From assembly GCA_973895155.1 (NCBI GenBank), contig OZ316898.1, positions 15,716,330 through 15,780,329 of the forward strand: a stretch of DNA of 64,000 nt, read 5' to 3'. Within the stretch, counting starts at the first letter, position 1. The number at the start of each line of letters is the position of its first letter. The stretch is from Marsupella aquatica (lineage: Eukaryota > Plantae > Marchantiophyta). Below are positions 11,706-25,885 of the stretch, piece by piece. Below the pieces are notes generated by a model. That model was not told the DNA's origin, made no database searches, and saw only the letters and a program-made list of their open reading frames with translations. A program made the translations under genes and the position numbers.

Positions 11706-13670
11706 GGTCATGGCTATGGAGGGAAATGGTGGGGCACCGGGGGGATGGAGCTGGTCCATCTAAAAGCTTTGCTCTCATAATGGCAGAGGTTTTCAGGACG
11801 CAAGCTGGGCTGTCTGCTGAATCTGCAGAGAAAGTTGCCCATTTGACTCAAGGGCTGATTGACTCCTCCAACACAGCTGTGATCAGGCTAGAGAAGGAGA
11901 GGAAAAGAAAGAGGAAGGAGGAGAGTAGGAGGCCAGAGGAGACTCTCACACCACAACAGAGAGAGAAGAGCCTGAGGAAGGAGGCTCGAGCTGTAGAGAG
12001 GCTTTGAATTGAGGAGGAGAGACTGCGTGCAGAGGAGAGGGCAAAACGACCAAAGCTGGTTCTGAATGAGGGAGGAGCTCCCACAGCGAAGAGCTATAGG
12101 CTCTTCAGGAGTCAGCTGGGGCAGGTCTTAAGGTCACATTTTGGCCCCTTAGACTACTGGGGAAAGAAGAAAGAAGAGGAGCAATTTTGGGTTAGGGAGC
12201 AAGTGAAAGAGAGATTCAGCAATGGCTTGTTCTTAGATGACTGATTTCTGAACAGGAAAATCTCTGTATCACTTGCAGATCGTCGAAATCACATTAGGGA
12301 GAAGATGAGGAAGTACCTGCTTGAATGTCAGGATGAGGAAGAGGTGATCAGGAAGGGAAATCCCTTGGATGACATAGACGCTGATGCCTGGTCCGCTTGG
12401 ATTGAGGCTGAGCTGCAGGTCCGTGCTTGGCAAGCTCGTCGTCACTGGCAAGCTGAGGTTTCTGAGGCAGAGAAGAGGGCCCTTGCAGGAGAGACTGCTG
12501 ACATCCGCCCTCTGCAGTGCAAAGCAATTGAATGGGAGAGGAAATCGAAATAGCTTGGAGACCCACCCCTGGCAATTCAGAAGGCAATTAATAGAGTGGA
12601 GAAGAGACCAAAAGTGACTCACCGGATGGAACAAGGTGGATCCCTTCGTCTCAAAGCAGAGTTTGTGAGTTCTCTGCCCCCCTCCTCTTTGCTCAATTCC
12701 TACCTCCTTGCAAGGTCCTTCCTCCTCCTGATCACCTTACGCACCAATCCTGGGTCATGCCTGCAGAGCCCCCCCGCAACTACCATTCTTATGCTAATGT
12801 AAACAGTGTGGCTGTCTAGCTTATTAATTGTCATGGATTTTCAGTTTCCAGTTTTTTCTGCTGAGTCCGATGCATGTCCGACTTTAATTTAGTCGGAAGC
12901 AACATCGGATGTTGTATTATGGTCAGTTGCAGGGCCGTGTCCGATCCAGCTCCGATTACTTTAACATCGGACTCAAAGTGTCGGGTTTGCTTCCAATGTG
13001 GCAAAGAGGGGTCCGATGCACTTAGGATCGGATAAATTCAAATTTTTGAATTATCAACGAGTGTTATTGGGTGAGCGGCCATGATTCATGCCAAGTGCTT
13101 AATTAGGTTATAGGTAGGGTTTTTCTGAAAGTGAAGGGGGATGATTTTTAAAACTAAGATGAAGGGTTGATGAAGGGTTTAATTTTTGGAAGTAATGTAT
13201 ATATTGAGTTTGAAAGGAGTATTAATTTGTTGGAGTGCAAGAGCGAGAGCATGGACGCCCAATCTTGCCAACCAAGAGAGAGTTAGCTAAGAAGCTTGAA
13301 CTGCGGGCTCTCAAGCTTTGCATGGAGGAGGAGTTGGGGTCGGTAAGTTTATTCAATACCATTAATCCTAAGGTGATCAATTCATCATTGACTTGTTGTA
13401 ATTAAGTTTGTGGTAACACTAACATATTGGTTGGTGCTTGCGTATATATATGGATGTAGGGCTCAGAGGAGGGGTCAGAGAGTTCTGGCGAGGAGGAGGA
13501 GGAGGAGGGATCGGACAACTCAGATTCAGAATCTGAGGGCGTGGCACCCATCCTTGTGCCTCCAATTGGTGCAACATCCCGAGGGCGTGGAGGTAGTTAG
13601 TCTAGACAGAGGACACATGATGGTGGTAGGTGTCGTAGTGTTGGAGGAGGTAGTAGGGGTGCTCGCGTAG
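11706..13670 (+). pseudogene. Decayed, probably spliced accessory gene, possibly CACTA TnpA-like
   Basis: Broken E/K/R-rich frames (11627-12007, 12305-12553) separated by intron-like T-rich tracts with TCCGAT/ATCGGA repeats, upstream of a CACTA transposase. Confidence 0.35.
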
Positions 13671-13694
13671 GAGGTGCATCTCGCCATACAGTGG

Positions 13695-14215
13695 CTGGTG
13701 GGGCTGGTGGTTCTCACCGGTCTGCTCCTGGTAGGGGGGGTGGTAGTAGGGCACCCGATGGTTTGCACCGGTCGACTTCTGGTGGGGGGGTGGTAGTAGG
13801 GCACCCGATGGTTTGCACTGGTCCACTTCTGGTGGAGGGGCTGGTACTAGGGCACCTGGTGGTTCTCACCGGTCCGCTTCTGGTGGGGGGGGCAGGGCGG
13901 GGGTGGCACCGGGGCCCCTAGTGGTTCTCATCGGGCAGGTTCTGGTGGGGGGGGGAGGGGCCAGGGCTCCTGGTGGTTCTCATCGGGCAGGTTCTGGTGC
14001 GGGGGGGGTGGTAGTGGGGCACCTGGTGGTTATCACCGGTCCGCTTCTGGTGGGGGGGGGTGGCACCGGGGCTCCTAGTGGTTCTCGCCATTCAGGGGCA
14101 GCAGGTGGCGGGAGTAGTGGGGCACATCCTGCTTCTCGTCATTCAGGGGCTGGTGGTGGGGAGGTAGTGGGACCCCTGCTGGTTCTCACCAGTCAGTTGG
14201 GGATGGGGGCAGTGC
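13695..14215. repeat. G-rich minisatellite (~57-60-bp unit; Gly-rich GGSHRS-type reading)
   Basis: About 9 recurrences of GGTGGTTCTCACCGGTC...TCTGGTGGGGGGG...GGGCACC. Confidence 0.85.
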
Positions 14216-15367
14216 CCCAGCTGACCAGTTAGGGGCCAACCAGGGTACTACGAGCGTTGGAGGCAGTGGTGGTGGTGCGAGTGGGTCTCACCAGTCGGGT
14301 GCCATCAGGGGTGATGGCTCTCACCACTCTGGCACCCAAGTGGGTAGTGGGGATGCATCCTTTCATACTTGCTCTGCTGGTGGGGGTACTGCACCGCCTT
14401 CGCATGACTCAAGAGGTGTGTCTGGTGGTGATGCCCGTGGAAGTAGTGGTACAGCAGGTCCTAGCACCACAGGTGCAGGTGGGTCACAAGCCCCCATTGA
14501 CGAGGCCCTAGAGGTAGTGCCAGCTGCTAGTACCCCACCATCAAGATCTCGCACCCTTTCCAAGAAAAGGAATGGACGACATGCACCAGCATATGGATAG
14601 GGCAGCCTAGGATAGGCCCATATATAGGTAGGCATTTTGCCGATTGACTTAGAGTACACTTGTGCATTTTGTACTTACATGTTCATTTGGCAAGGCCAGG
14701 CCATTGATCCTGTTTTGTATATCTATTTTGGGGTCTCCCCTTTTTGATTATATATTTATACCTTCTTTGCCTACACACAGATGTTGGGGTCTATGTGTGT
14801 CACCATCTTAATACCCTAATTCAGCCCCCAAATTGAATCCAATAAAAACCCCAAATTTATGAGCCCTACTCTACTGCTTCCGATACTAGATTTGACACTC
14901 AGTCCAATACACATTCCGTTGCTACCATCTTTGCAATGTCCGATACCACACCCTACACACTTTCCAAATCGGCAAATAATGCAACGTCCGATACTTATAA
15001 TTACGCAATTTCCAATTTCTCAATAAACGGATAAACCGATATTATTACAATCGGACCATGATCGCATGTGTATAATGCCTTGCATGCAGTAGCTGCCTCA
15101 TTTCTGAAACTCTTCGCCTCGGGCGTGATTTTATCCAATACCCTCTGCGTCGGTCTATGCGATTACTACTACATCAGAAATTCCAAAGGAGATCCGATTG
15201 TTGGTATCCGATGGTTAAAACAACGGACATTGCGATATAAGAAACATCGGAAATGTGGTTTTCTATTGTACATTTTTTTGAAGGGATCCGATGCCTGTAG
15301 AGTCGGAAAATGGCCCTATAATGTACTAGTGTATGGTTAAGTTTGGCATTCCCAGCATCGCTCAGAT

Positions 15368-17856
15368 ATGAGTTCACAACCACCTACCATACGCATGATG
15401 GTTGACTCCCTCTCAAACAGGTTTGTGGAGGAGAGGTGGGGCGAGTTTTGGACAGATCCACGTCATGTTCGTCTAGGTTTGGCAGCAAATGGCATCAGCC
15501 CATTTGCACTAGCAGGTAAGGCCCAGCCATATTCGCTATGGCCAGTGGTCCTTACTAATTACAACATCCCTCCATGGATGTCCATGAAGAAGGGTCATTT
15601 GCTGCTTTCTATGATTATCCCTGGCCCTAAGCAAGTGAAAAAAATTGATGTGGTCTTGCAACCATTGATTGAGGAGTTGCAAAAGCTTTGGAGGGGTGTG
15701 GATTGCTATGATGGAAGAGTGCAAACAGGGGGTTTACATCAAGAATTTAAGTTGAAGGTCATTCTTATGTGGACCATACATGATCTTCCAGGTATGTATC
15801 TTTGTTAAATTACCCAAGCATGCTTTGTTATGTAATGAGTTAAGAGCGTGTCTTTTAATTAAGTTTAATATTTACTTATGGGCTATCCCTACATATATTT
15901 CTGGCCTTACCACATCGGGATATCGAGCTTGCCCAACTTGTGGACCTGATTTGGAAGGAATAGCACGGCCAAAGTCCAAGACCTTACGGAAGATAGTGTA
16001 CATTGGTCACACCAAGTACCTCCCTCCCGACCATGATTGGAGGAGTGACCCCTTTTTATATGACACTGAGGATGGCCAACCAGACAGACAACCTCCACCT
16101 ATTCCAAAAGATCCAGCATATTGTAAAGAGGTATGGGGGAGAGTATGTGACCCAGATGACCCATTGCAGTTTGCCCGGTGTGGCATGACAGACTTGTTTA
16201 TCCGCATTGTCACAGTTGCCTTATTGGGCTGAGATGCCACTTAACCATTTATTTGATCCTATGCACATCGAGGGAAATGTTGGGAGGTCCTTGATTCGCC
16301 ATCTATATGGAGAGAAAGACAACAACTGGAGAGAGAGTTGTGAAGAGATGGGGATGCATGGCCCTCATGGTTTTTGGCCATCTATGGATCCCGATAATGC
16401 CCCTCTTACTGTTCATCCTCCTTGGGTGTTGACAAGAGGTGAGCGAACTGAGTTTCGCAAACACATTGGACCTATGCAATTTCCTATAGGGTATGGTGCT
16501 AATCTCCGCAAGGCATTTGGTGGATCTGACTCCAAATTGGCCAGCTTTCTTGAAGACCTATCATTACCATTGTCTGTTGCAACATGTTATTCTAGTTGCT
16601 ATTATTGGATTGGGTAGTGAGGATCTTCGTGATGCCCTTTGGTCATTGGGTAAGTTGTTGAGATGGGTGTGTCAAAAGGAGGTCAATGAGGATGAGGTTG
16701 CAGCAATGGAGGTGTTTGCAGTGGAAGTTGTGTGCAAACTTGAGAGGGCCCTTCCTCCTTCATTTTTTGACGGTCAGGTTCATTTTCTACTACATCTAGT
16801 GCGTGAGGTTGGTATTGCAGGCCCTGTACATTGTCGTTGGATGTATTGGGTAGAGCGGTACATGGGATTGATGAAGTCCTATGTTTCAAATTGCGCAAGG
16901 GTGGAAGGTAGCATTGTCGAGCGTCATCTTGGAGCAGAGAGCATGACATTCTATTGTACAAACATTATTGCTACACTTGATCCAAATGCTCCAAAGGGGT
17001 GGATAGATGAGGCATCAAGAGAAGCAGACTATGAGGATGACCGTTTGACAGGCGCAAAGGGAGAACAACTTTTGGAACCTAGTGAGTGCACTAAACTCAC
17101 CACATTCATGTTGTATAACTCCCCAGAGATTGTTGGGGAGTGAACCACATTGTACGAGAAGGATAAGCATAATAGTCGGAGACCACACTTATTTCCCAAA
17201 TTCCACATGTACATGAAGGGGAAGTTGTTGGAGGTGGATGCCTTGGTGGGTATTGGGGAGAGTGTATCACACTTCCCAAAGGTGATTGATGAGTTGCGCA
17301 CCTTGGTTCATGGACCACTACTTACAGTGACAACTATATAGGACTGCCATGTGGTCCAAGGGAAGACACTTTTGTGTGGAACGGCTTGATGACAAGAGGG
17401 CAGCTACACAAGATTGTGGGGTGATGGGTTGGTTCACCCAAGATTCACAAAGTAGCATCTCTGACACAAACCCCATCCGTTCTACTATAGCTCACTACGG
17501 AAAGATAGAAGAGAATGATCCTTGTTGTAAAGTATCATGCGCATACAAAATTGGAAGAGGTGGCGTTGAAGTGCAAATGGTTTCGGATGAATCTTGTTGG
17601 CCACAATAGGACATGTGAAGAGGATCCTTGTGGCTTCACACGACTGAAGACAGGGGCTGTCATTAGCTCAAACTCCTCAGATCCTTTTGCATTCCCTCAT
17701 CATCTTGAGCAGACGTTCTATCTCCCTTATCCTGATGACCCAGAGTGGTCCATTGTGATGCCCTACATTCCTCAATCACGGTCTATAGTCCAAGAACAAC
17801 CAAATATAGTTGTTATTGAAGATTTGGAAATTGAGAATGTAGACCTAGTTACTTAG
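15368..17856 (+). pseudogene. CACTA/En-Spm transposase (TnpD/Tnp2-like), frameshifted
   Basis: DPRHVRLGLA..GISPF, YSLWPV...YNIPPW, IIPGPK (Transposase_21-like); DPMHIEGNV; LERALPPSFFD...GPVHCRWMYWVERYM (DUF4218-like); CKWF...DPFAFP...TFY (DUF4216-like). Fragments lie in several frames. Confidence 0.9.
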
Positions 17857-20809
17857 GAATTCCATGGTAATAGCTAGACAGCTAGCACTAGCTATATAGA
17901 CCTAAATGACCACTTGTCTCCATGTGTTGATTTCATCGGCATATATATATACCTTATTTACGTACATTGTAATTATAATAACATTCTTCGTTGTTATTTT
18001 ACTTAAATTGCTTCACTCTCCCCTCTAGCTAGTGACAAGTGGTCATTAAGTCCTACCACATAACATCAAATGAAAGCTTAATTCCAATTATATTCCTTTG
18101 AAGTTGACCCTTCCCATACTGTGTCCCATGTCCATCATTTGGAAAATTATCAGGGATACAATGACTTGCCTTAAAAGAAAAATGTAAATCCCCCCATGCC
18201 ACTCCTAATCCCCCACTCTAACAAAACCCAATTAGTTCGATTCCCAACAAAATGAACACCATATGCCATACAAAAACCATTGGGAACCTTTTCCATACCA
18301 AAACCATCGAATACTGTTTTTGTTCCTATCCACTTTGTATAAAGATCGGAAACCATTATCAATACTATTTATATCAAAAACATTTTTGTTCTTTCTAACA
18401 TCACAAACAATATGCAAATATCATGGATTGGACGCCTCCTGCTCCACGGCCATGACACTATCCAATTTTCTGTGAATCAGAAAATATCTAATGCAATTAG
18501 AATGGTACAACGCATCCGATAGTTTTAGTATCGGTAGTATTGTTACCGATGTAGGTAACATGGCAAATATGCATGGAAAATAGAGTGTGAAAAAGAGTAT
18601 CGGAAAAAGCCAAAATATGTACGAGTGCTGGTAGAAGACAACAAGTTTGGCAACATGCGCATAGTCTTTCCTGTAAGCAGCATCTAGCAATGGCAACAGA
18701 CCTGCACAACTGCCACAATACCTATCAGCTTGGACATTGTCCGGGTGACCGTGTTTTTTGGTAAGAGCATTGGATCTTATAAACTCAACCTTGCATGCCC
18801 ATAAGTTCTACACTAAAACCAAAATGATAATTCTAGTAATAAGGAGAGTGAATATTAAGAAAAGTTCAGGTAAAACTAATATATTGTTAAACCCTAATTT
18901 CACCATACTTGTAGGCCAACACATCTTGGAAAATAGTTTTTTATGACATATGATCATAATATCTTGAAGAGAAAATGAAACAGAAATGTCACCTGGACTC
19001 ATATTTAGACCATGATTTTAATAAAGGACAAAGATAATGCACTCTCACTCCTCTCGGTAAGACACTACTGAATATATTATTGGCTCGTTAGAATCCATAA
19101 CAACAGCTGCAAATTGAGCTCCAAAATGATAGGTTAAATGTTGTCTCATGGATGACTTGTCTAAAAGATAAACTCTAATAAAAAAGAGGCTACAAAAAGG
19201 AATATTAAGGATATCTCTTTCTCCTAGATTCATGGTGGCTCTCTTGTTCCTTTGCTATCTCGGCCAAATGACGCCCCCCCTAAGTTTTCAAAGAGACTCT
19301 ATTTTCTAAGGTATCACCTATAAGTCTATCACTCATTCCTTTGCTATATGGGCCAGAGGACACTCCACTACTATGTTCAAGATACAAAAAACTTCACAAC
19401 CTTGAATGATGAAAATTGAGGAATGAGGAGAGAGTGCCCCTCTCCACTTTATTTATAGTGCTCACCAAGAGGGCATGGATCAAGCCCAAACACTTGGATG
19501 AATGCCAAGTGGTAAGCATCTAAGGTACAAGAGTGTGCTAATACTGTAGCCAAAAGATAGTAGGGGGAATTATCAGACATTTCACTAATTCTGGAAAATT
19601 CTCCCAAGAATGGAATATTGAAAAGTGCTTTTTGGAAATTTAGAGAAGGGGTTTTGGAATTTCTAAAATGAGGTTTTGGAATATTTAGTTTAGAGTTTTG
19701 GAATTTTCAGATTAGAGTTTTGGAATGAACACAAAGGGCACCTTGTCCATTGAAACTGTCAATTTTCTCGTTCATTCTATCGAGTGCTCATTTTATATAG
19801 TGCAAATCTTTGTGGAGCTTGTCCTTATTATCGACAGATGCAACGATGAAGGAATTTAAAATCAAATGTGCTAGAGTCCTTTTTATATTGAACTTTTCTT
19901 CCATAATATAAATTGTCACGTCATCAGCCTTGGCCTTACCTCGGGCTTCAGCTTTAAACGGGCACCTCCTTCGTAAATATGAGGGTTCGGGCAGGGAGGG
20001 AAGAGCGTAATGCACCTAATTCACGTAAACTAGCACTAAGTGCGCCTACTGTTAGATACAGACATCTCCTAGGTATGGTTTGTGGTCCGCTGCCGGAACG
20101 TACCTTAGTCGATAACAGGATCGACCCCGGCTTAAGGGCTTCTAAGCCTTCGTGTTGTCCGCCTTCGATCTGGATTCTATGATACAGGTCCTCAACCCGT
20201 GCTCGCAACCACATACCCGCAAGTTGCACCCCGTGCATGACTCGGGTAGTGCGTTCGGCCCAGCGTTGTCACCTATACACGAGATTCACACACATACACG
20301 CGCACAAGCATACAATCTCGATTTACATGAAGGAAATAATGGGAAAGGATTTTACTACATAGGGGACATGTGCGTACACTTGGTTGACCCGACAGCTCCG
20401 GAATGAACAGGTTCAAGGCCGAGAGAGTATACTACAACGGAGCCCGGCTCTGCACTCGCCTGATGAGCTTAGTCCTACCCCCTCCCCTTGGTACTCTTTC
20501 ACTCCCAGAGGTCGGGACTCCCCGCACATACCACGGATGTCCAACTCTGAGACTAAAAACCCCCCTTGCCTCTACCGAGGGGTGCACTAAATACTAAGGG
20601 CCGAGGAACGGAGTGTCCTCCCGCCCAAAGATTCGCTGACTTAGGTCCTAACTAATCTGACTGTCAGGCCAAAAAACGGCTGTGTCTTATTAGAAGATCC
20701 TAATCTACGCAGGTTGGACAGCATGGCAGTGCTACTGTAACTAAGGCAGGTGCCTGTCCCAATAGCCTGACTTAGCTATTCCTAACCCTATTCTATTCCT
20801 ACTCCGCCG

Positions 20810-23500
20810 CTAATGCCTGGCACGCTTGCCAGAGCCGCCCGAGTGGGAGCGGCCATCCCGCTGCTTACAAAGTCTGTCATTGTCCGCCTTGAGGAGCTGG
20901 ACCTGGTCCAGCAGAGATTCATTCTCTCGCTTCGCCGCGTCTGTCTCCTCCGCTGCCTCCTGGCATGCCTCCTCCAGCTGCTGGGCGTCGCTCGTAAGCT
21001 TGCCCGCCAGCTGGTCTTGCTTCTCGGCCTCGGTTTGGAGTCGCGCCACTTCGGCCTGTAGCATGGCTATCTCCGCAGTGTCCCGCTGGGCCCGTTCTTC
21101 GGCCTCCTCTAGGTCTTTCTGCCAGATGACAGTTTGCTCCTCTAGGTCTTTCTGCCAGATGACAGTTTGATCCTTCAAACTGTCAATCTGGTTCCGAAGT
21201 CGTGCAATCTCGGCCTCGTTCCCAGCTTTGGTCTGCTCGGCTAGGGCGGTAAGGGCGTGCGCCTTTGCTAACAACTCGTCGACGGCTGCAACTTTGGGTC
21301 GTAGTTGCAAAAGCTCAGCCTCTTGAGCCGCAACTTCATTCTTTAAGTATACGGACTCCACCCGGTATCGCTCTATCCTCTGAAGGGCCTCTGACTAGGC
21401 CCGACCTGCCTTTACTGCGGCAACTAACTCCTGATTGAAGAAACAGGCTACCTTCCGGGCCATGAACTCCCCGGTATCCCGGGCAATTTGATGAGAGAAA
21501 TCTCCCAGAAGCCCGTTCAGAAATGTACCCGGTACGAAGAGTTCCGGGTGGTCCAGGTTGTGCCTGTCCGGAGTTGGGCACGGGCAGACGTCAACATGCG
21601 CGGGGGCCGGGGCAATGACATCCAGCCCTGGGGACGTAATGTTGGAAGGGGCTGGAGTGTCCTCCTGCAGCAATGTCCGGTTCTCCGGAATAGCCACCGG
21701 TGGGTCTTTGGGAGACCCGGGCTCGAGTAAGACCTCCGTTGTACCAACTTCGGTACTTAGCCCGGCCTGTTGGATCGCATCTACGGTTGCGATAACTGAC
21801 CCATCCGGTACCTCCTCGGTTACGACTACAGCTACTTGGGGGGTGGGTGAAGCTTGCGTGTCCGCTGGACTTTGGGCCTCGGGTTGGGGCCGTCTCTCCA
21901 AGGTCGGAAAAACCCACCTAGCTGGGACCAGCTTTGTAACGTTGACACGGGGAAGGGTTCGTCGATCAAACCGAGCATACCACTCAAGAATGATCTCGAT
22001 GTGGCTAGCAAAATACGCCTTCCCGCCAATGTACAGCATCTTCCTTCGCCGCTCCATCTCTTCATGGAATTTCTTAGTGAAGTACGACGCCCACTTCCTA
22101 GGTCGATAGTTCTCGACCTGGATAACCTGGGCGGCGGAGATCTCCCCCCGGGGTTCCATCATGTGGAGGGCGTACCTTTGGAACTCCAGTCGCTCAGCTA
22201 TCTCGGGGATGAGGCAGGTCCTCATCACGAACCCGTTGTCCACTGCTCCCTCTGAGGGAAAACTTGAGGATTGGTACTTGGCTCCCTTGCCCCCGGGAGC
22301 TCGTGATTCGACTCGATGGTCACCTTTTGGTAATCCGAAGATCATCTTGAGCCGTTCTTCCATGAGGGACATATTCCTTCCCCGCAGCCGAGTATGCTGA
22401 CGTGCGTCATCATAATTCTTGACGAATTCTATCATGTCCTCCCCGTAGTACCTGCAAGTGTTCCAGGGAAGAGAGGCAAGGTGCTCGAATCCCTGAGTCT
22501 TCAGGTACACCGCATGCTTGGGATGGAGGATGTTCTTATGCACGTTTTCCCCCATGCGGTGCATTGTCACCTTGGCCACGGCTACCGTGGCCAATGGTAA
22601 CCCGGATGCAGTGGTGGGTTCCTTCCTCTTCTTCCCCCGTGACTGGCTTGGGGAGGGTGACACCTCCCCATCCTCTCTATCGGGCATAGGTAGTGCTACC
22701 GCCGTTAAAATTGGGCCCGGGGCGGCCACGGTCACCGTGTTGTCTGCTGGAGCCGCTCCTTGGGTCCGAGCATGGGGAGGGGACGATGTAGTGTCAGCCC
22801 CCTGAGTATTTGCTCCTCTAGGCCGCCTGAGCAAGTGTGGGGTAGCCTCATCGTCGTCGCTAAGGTCCACAGCGTTGATGACGGAGTGTACTTGTACTGC
22901 TAGCGGGGCGATCGGTGGTGGGGGTTGGCTAGGCTGAGACTAAGACTAAGACTGAGACTGAAGCTGAGCCTGAGCCTGAGCCTGAGTCTGCGTTGGTGCG
23001 GGTACGGGTATGGGGTCAACTAGGTCGGTGTCGGCGGTTGCGGGTCTAGTTCCCATGAAGCTCTGCAGGTGCTGGTAGAAGTTCTCCAAAGCAAGTGCAG
23101 ACGACCTTGTCGAATGGGTAGTGCTGGACTCGCTGTTGATGATAGCCCGAACCTGAGCAGGGATGTGGTCGAAGTGATGTCGTTGCAAGTCGATCGTACC
23201 CGGGATATTGAAGACCTCGTCCGGAAGCCGAAGCAATGCTTCCCAGAAACCGATATATTTGTCTCCATTGAAGAAGTACCCAGATACCTCTACTGGTCGA
23301 TAAAGCTCGCTCTGAGACAGGTAGTCAAAGTTAAGGATGTAGTGGTGTCGTCCTGCTAGGTGGATGGCTCTCTCGTACTCGCGTTCGATTTCATATCGGC
23401 GTGGGTTGGCGTGTTTCAATGAGTCGGCCAAGTGTCTTCCCGTAGATAGGAACTGCGTCCAGAATCGAATGGCCAAACTGGAGAGGATCATGTGCGACAT
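20810..23500 (-). pseudogene. Family-B LTR-encoded protein (~896 aa reconstructed) broken by three in-frame TAG codons
   Basis: ORFs 22946-23500, 21395-22870 and 20810-21361 share one frame. Stops at 22946, 22940 and 21395 are probable CAG>TAG changes. Homologous to the family-A LTR protein. Confidence 0.85.
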
Positions 23501-23562
23501 TCAGAGGAGATAGTAGTGGCGCGTGGACTGATGGACTGGTGCACTACAAAGGGTCGGCTCCC

Positions 23563-23570
23563 TTTTTATA
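23563..23570 (-). promoter_or_regulatory. TATA box upstream of the family-B LTR ORF
   Basis: GGTATAAAAAGG ~63 nt before the ATG at 23500; GGTATAAAAGG retained in copy B2 at 39158-39168. Confidence 0.55.
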
Positions 23571-25885
23571 CCTTGAGGGCTTGTCGATCCCCCGACATCT
23601 CCTCATTGCCTATAGGCTGAACCGTTCACGCTTGTAGTGTGCCGACCACTTTTCCGGTCTGAGTCACCGCGTGTCAGTGGACGCCTCCCGAAGTTCGTTA
23701 TACGGACCCGAGGGAGGGGCCCCTCCACGCTCGTAACCCGGGCGTGCGAATGGCGATGTGCCGCCAGCCCGAACATGAATTCCCCTTATTGACTAATGAT
23801 TTCCTACTCATAATGGCTACCTAAATACTGTCGTTATGCTAATCATAGCGGCCTAAGATACCCCTAATGCGCGTGCTAAGCACGGTTTAGACCGAATTAC
23901 TCATTACTCGCCGTACCGGCGGCGTCACATAAATTCCTTGATTTGATGGGTCAACGGTCTAATTATCAAAGATATCGCGGATCTTTCCGCGTATGACAAG
24001 GGACTTTCTATAGAGCCCTTTCTTTCTGTAAAATTCTGGATATCTTCCCCACGAAGCCTGAAACTCCAAGGCCTGGGATACCAACCGGGGGCAGGTTCGT
24101 TGTCAGATGTTTTTTCGCCAAACACTTTTGACCTTTCACCTTCGCCCATTTTAATTTTCACGACCTGGGACGGGGTACACCTTTCCAATTCTGATATTCT
24201 ACGCTCGAGAGTGTCAACTCTCTGAGTGAGGAGCGATAGAGACCAATTCTGTGAATCACTCAATCTCTCTAATCATCCCATAGATGATTCACAAAGTTAA
24301 CAAATCTCAAGAGGAAGGCCTCTGGGTCAGAAGCTTGGCCCAAAGGGGGGGACTTCTAGAGCCCAAGGATTAGACAGCCATCGGACGAGGAATTTGCGCT
24401 AAGCTGAGCTCTATTGGGTAACTGGAAATCAAGTCTACTTGCTTGGTGTACGCTACGCATCCTCCAAAGTTTTAGGAAAGAGGTGACACAAAAAAACGAG
24501 ATACATCAGAGCTGAAGATACCATGCAAGTGATTGACAACGTGCACACAATTTTGAAAAGGAAAACTTTTCATTATTCACAAAAATAGCTGATGTTGGAA
24601 GAGGCATCCCTCAAACCAATGCCATTGATGCCAAAACGGAATTCAAAATCTGTTGGGAAGATGACTCCAACCAAACTACCCAAGGAAGATGGCATCGAGA
24701 TGTGGGTAAGACAATTGCGGAGGAACAGAAGGACCTCAACGCTCTACGCGAGACTAGTGTAGAAAGAGATTTGGGTTTAGGGTTGATCTACGATCTCACA
24801 GTTGCAAGAGGCATTCCTCCAACCATCGTCGAGGTTCCTAAACACCTTTCAGATAAGAAAATCTCCTTTACCAGCTTAAAGCAAAAACAAAAGTGAGCGA
24901 ACACAATCTAAATTTTCCAGAGTCGAATATCTACGCGAGACCCGTGTAATCCTCAAAATGCTTCAAAAACTTAAGACTCTCCCCAATGGCTTCAAATCTT
25001 AATCGTTCCACGAAGATGGCATCCACTCATCCGAGTCCGGAGTGGATTTGCGGCAGTCAAGGAATGCTTCCTTTGCCCAAGCTCGATGGTCCATCAGAGC
25101 CCGCCGCTGCTTCTTTCCCTTCCCATAGTAGACATTGACGTTTTCCTTAGTTCATGCTTCTTTTGTTGACAGTCTCCCTGGGCATCTTTCCGGCTTTCCT
25201 CGCACCCGATGCCTCCTACCCCTCGATAGGCGGCACGGAATTTCCTCCACGGCTAATCTTTGAGTCATCCATTTTTTATTCTCCAGGTGTCTTACAATCG
25301 GGAAAGCCACAGGTATCTCCATCGAGTTCTGACAAGAAAAACCTTTTACATCGAGTACACTCTCTTAAAAAAGATCCTTCTTCGTCAGAATTGCAATTAT
25401 GGTCAAACCCATCCGCAGGCGTGTAAATCTTGGAAGACCTCCTTTGGGGCATTCCCCTCCTTTGAGCTATGAGGCGGGGAAACCTCTATTGAGTTGTTGG
25501 TCACGCCGAGGTCCTTGGACATCACTGGTGGATTCATCGAGAGAACTCAAGAGATCCTCTCGAAATCAGATTAAGAAATATGAAAACTAACACAAATCAA
25601 ATGATGATAGAAACTAACATCAACAGCAGATTGAAAGTGAATCAGAAACCGCAGAATGGGAAAAGAGAGTGAGGAGTTCCCTATTTGGACAAGACCAAGA
25701 AATGGCCAAAGCGTGCGAATCACGGGTCTACGGCCATGTCGCTTTCAGTAGACCCTAGCCTAGAGACCAGAGCGAGGCTGCTCTATGCGACCCTCGTGTA
25801 GATCCAAATGGTCTACCTAAACCTTCCTTGGTAAGGCAAAACGAAGAGGCCCTACGCGAGCCTCGTGCAGAAACAAACACTCCGT

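Larger units (their letters stand above)
19914..23929 (-). mobile_element. Solo LTR of family B, copy B1 (4016 bp), protein-coding
   Basis: Termini TGTGAC...GTGACA (minus strand); perfect 5-bp TSD TAAAT (19909-19913 and 23930-23934); no gag/pol; colinear with 38802-42687. Strand is taken from the ORF. Confidence 0.88.

Noticed and set aside
19560-19730. Similarity to 37780-37935 (TTTTGGAA runs and a ~34-bp inverted match)
   Set aside because: Too short and inconsistent in orientation to define element ends.
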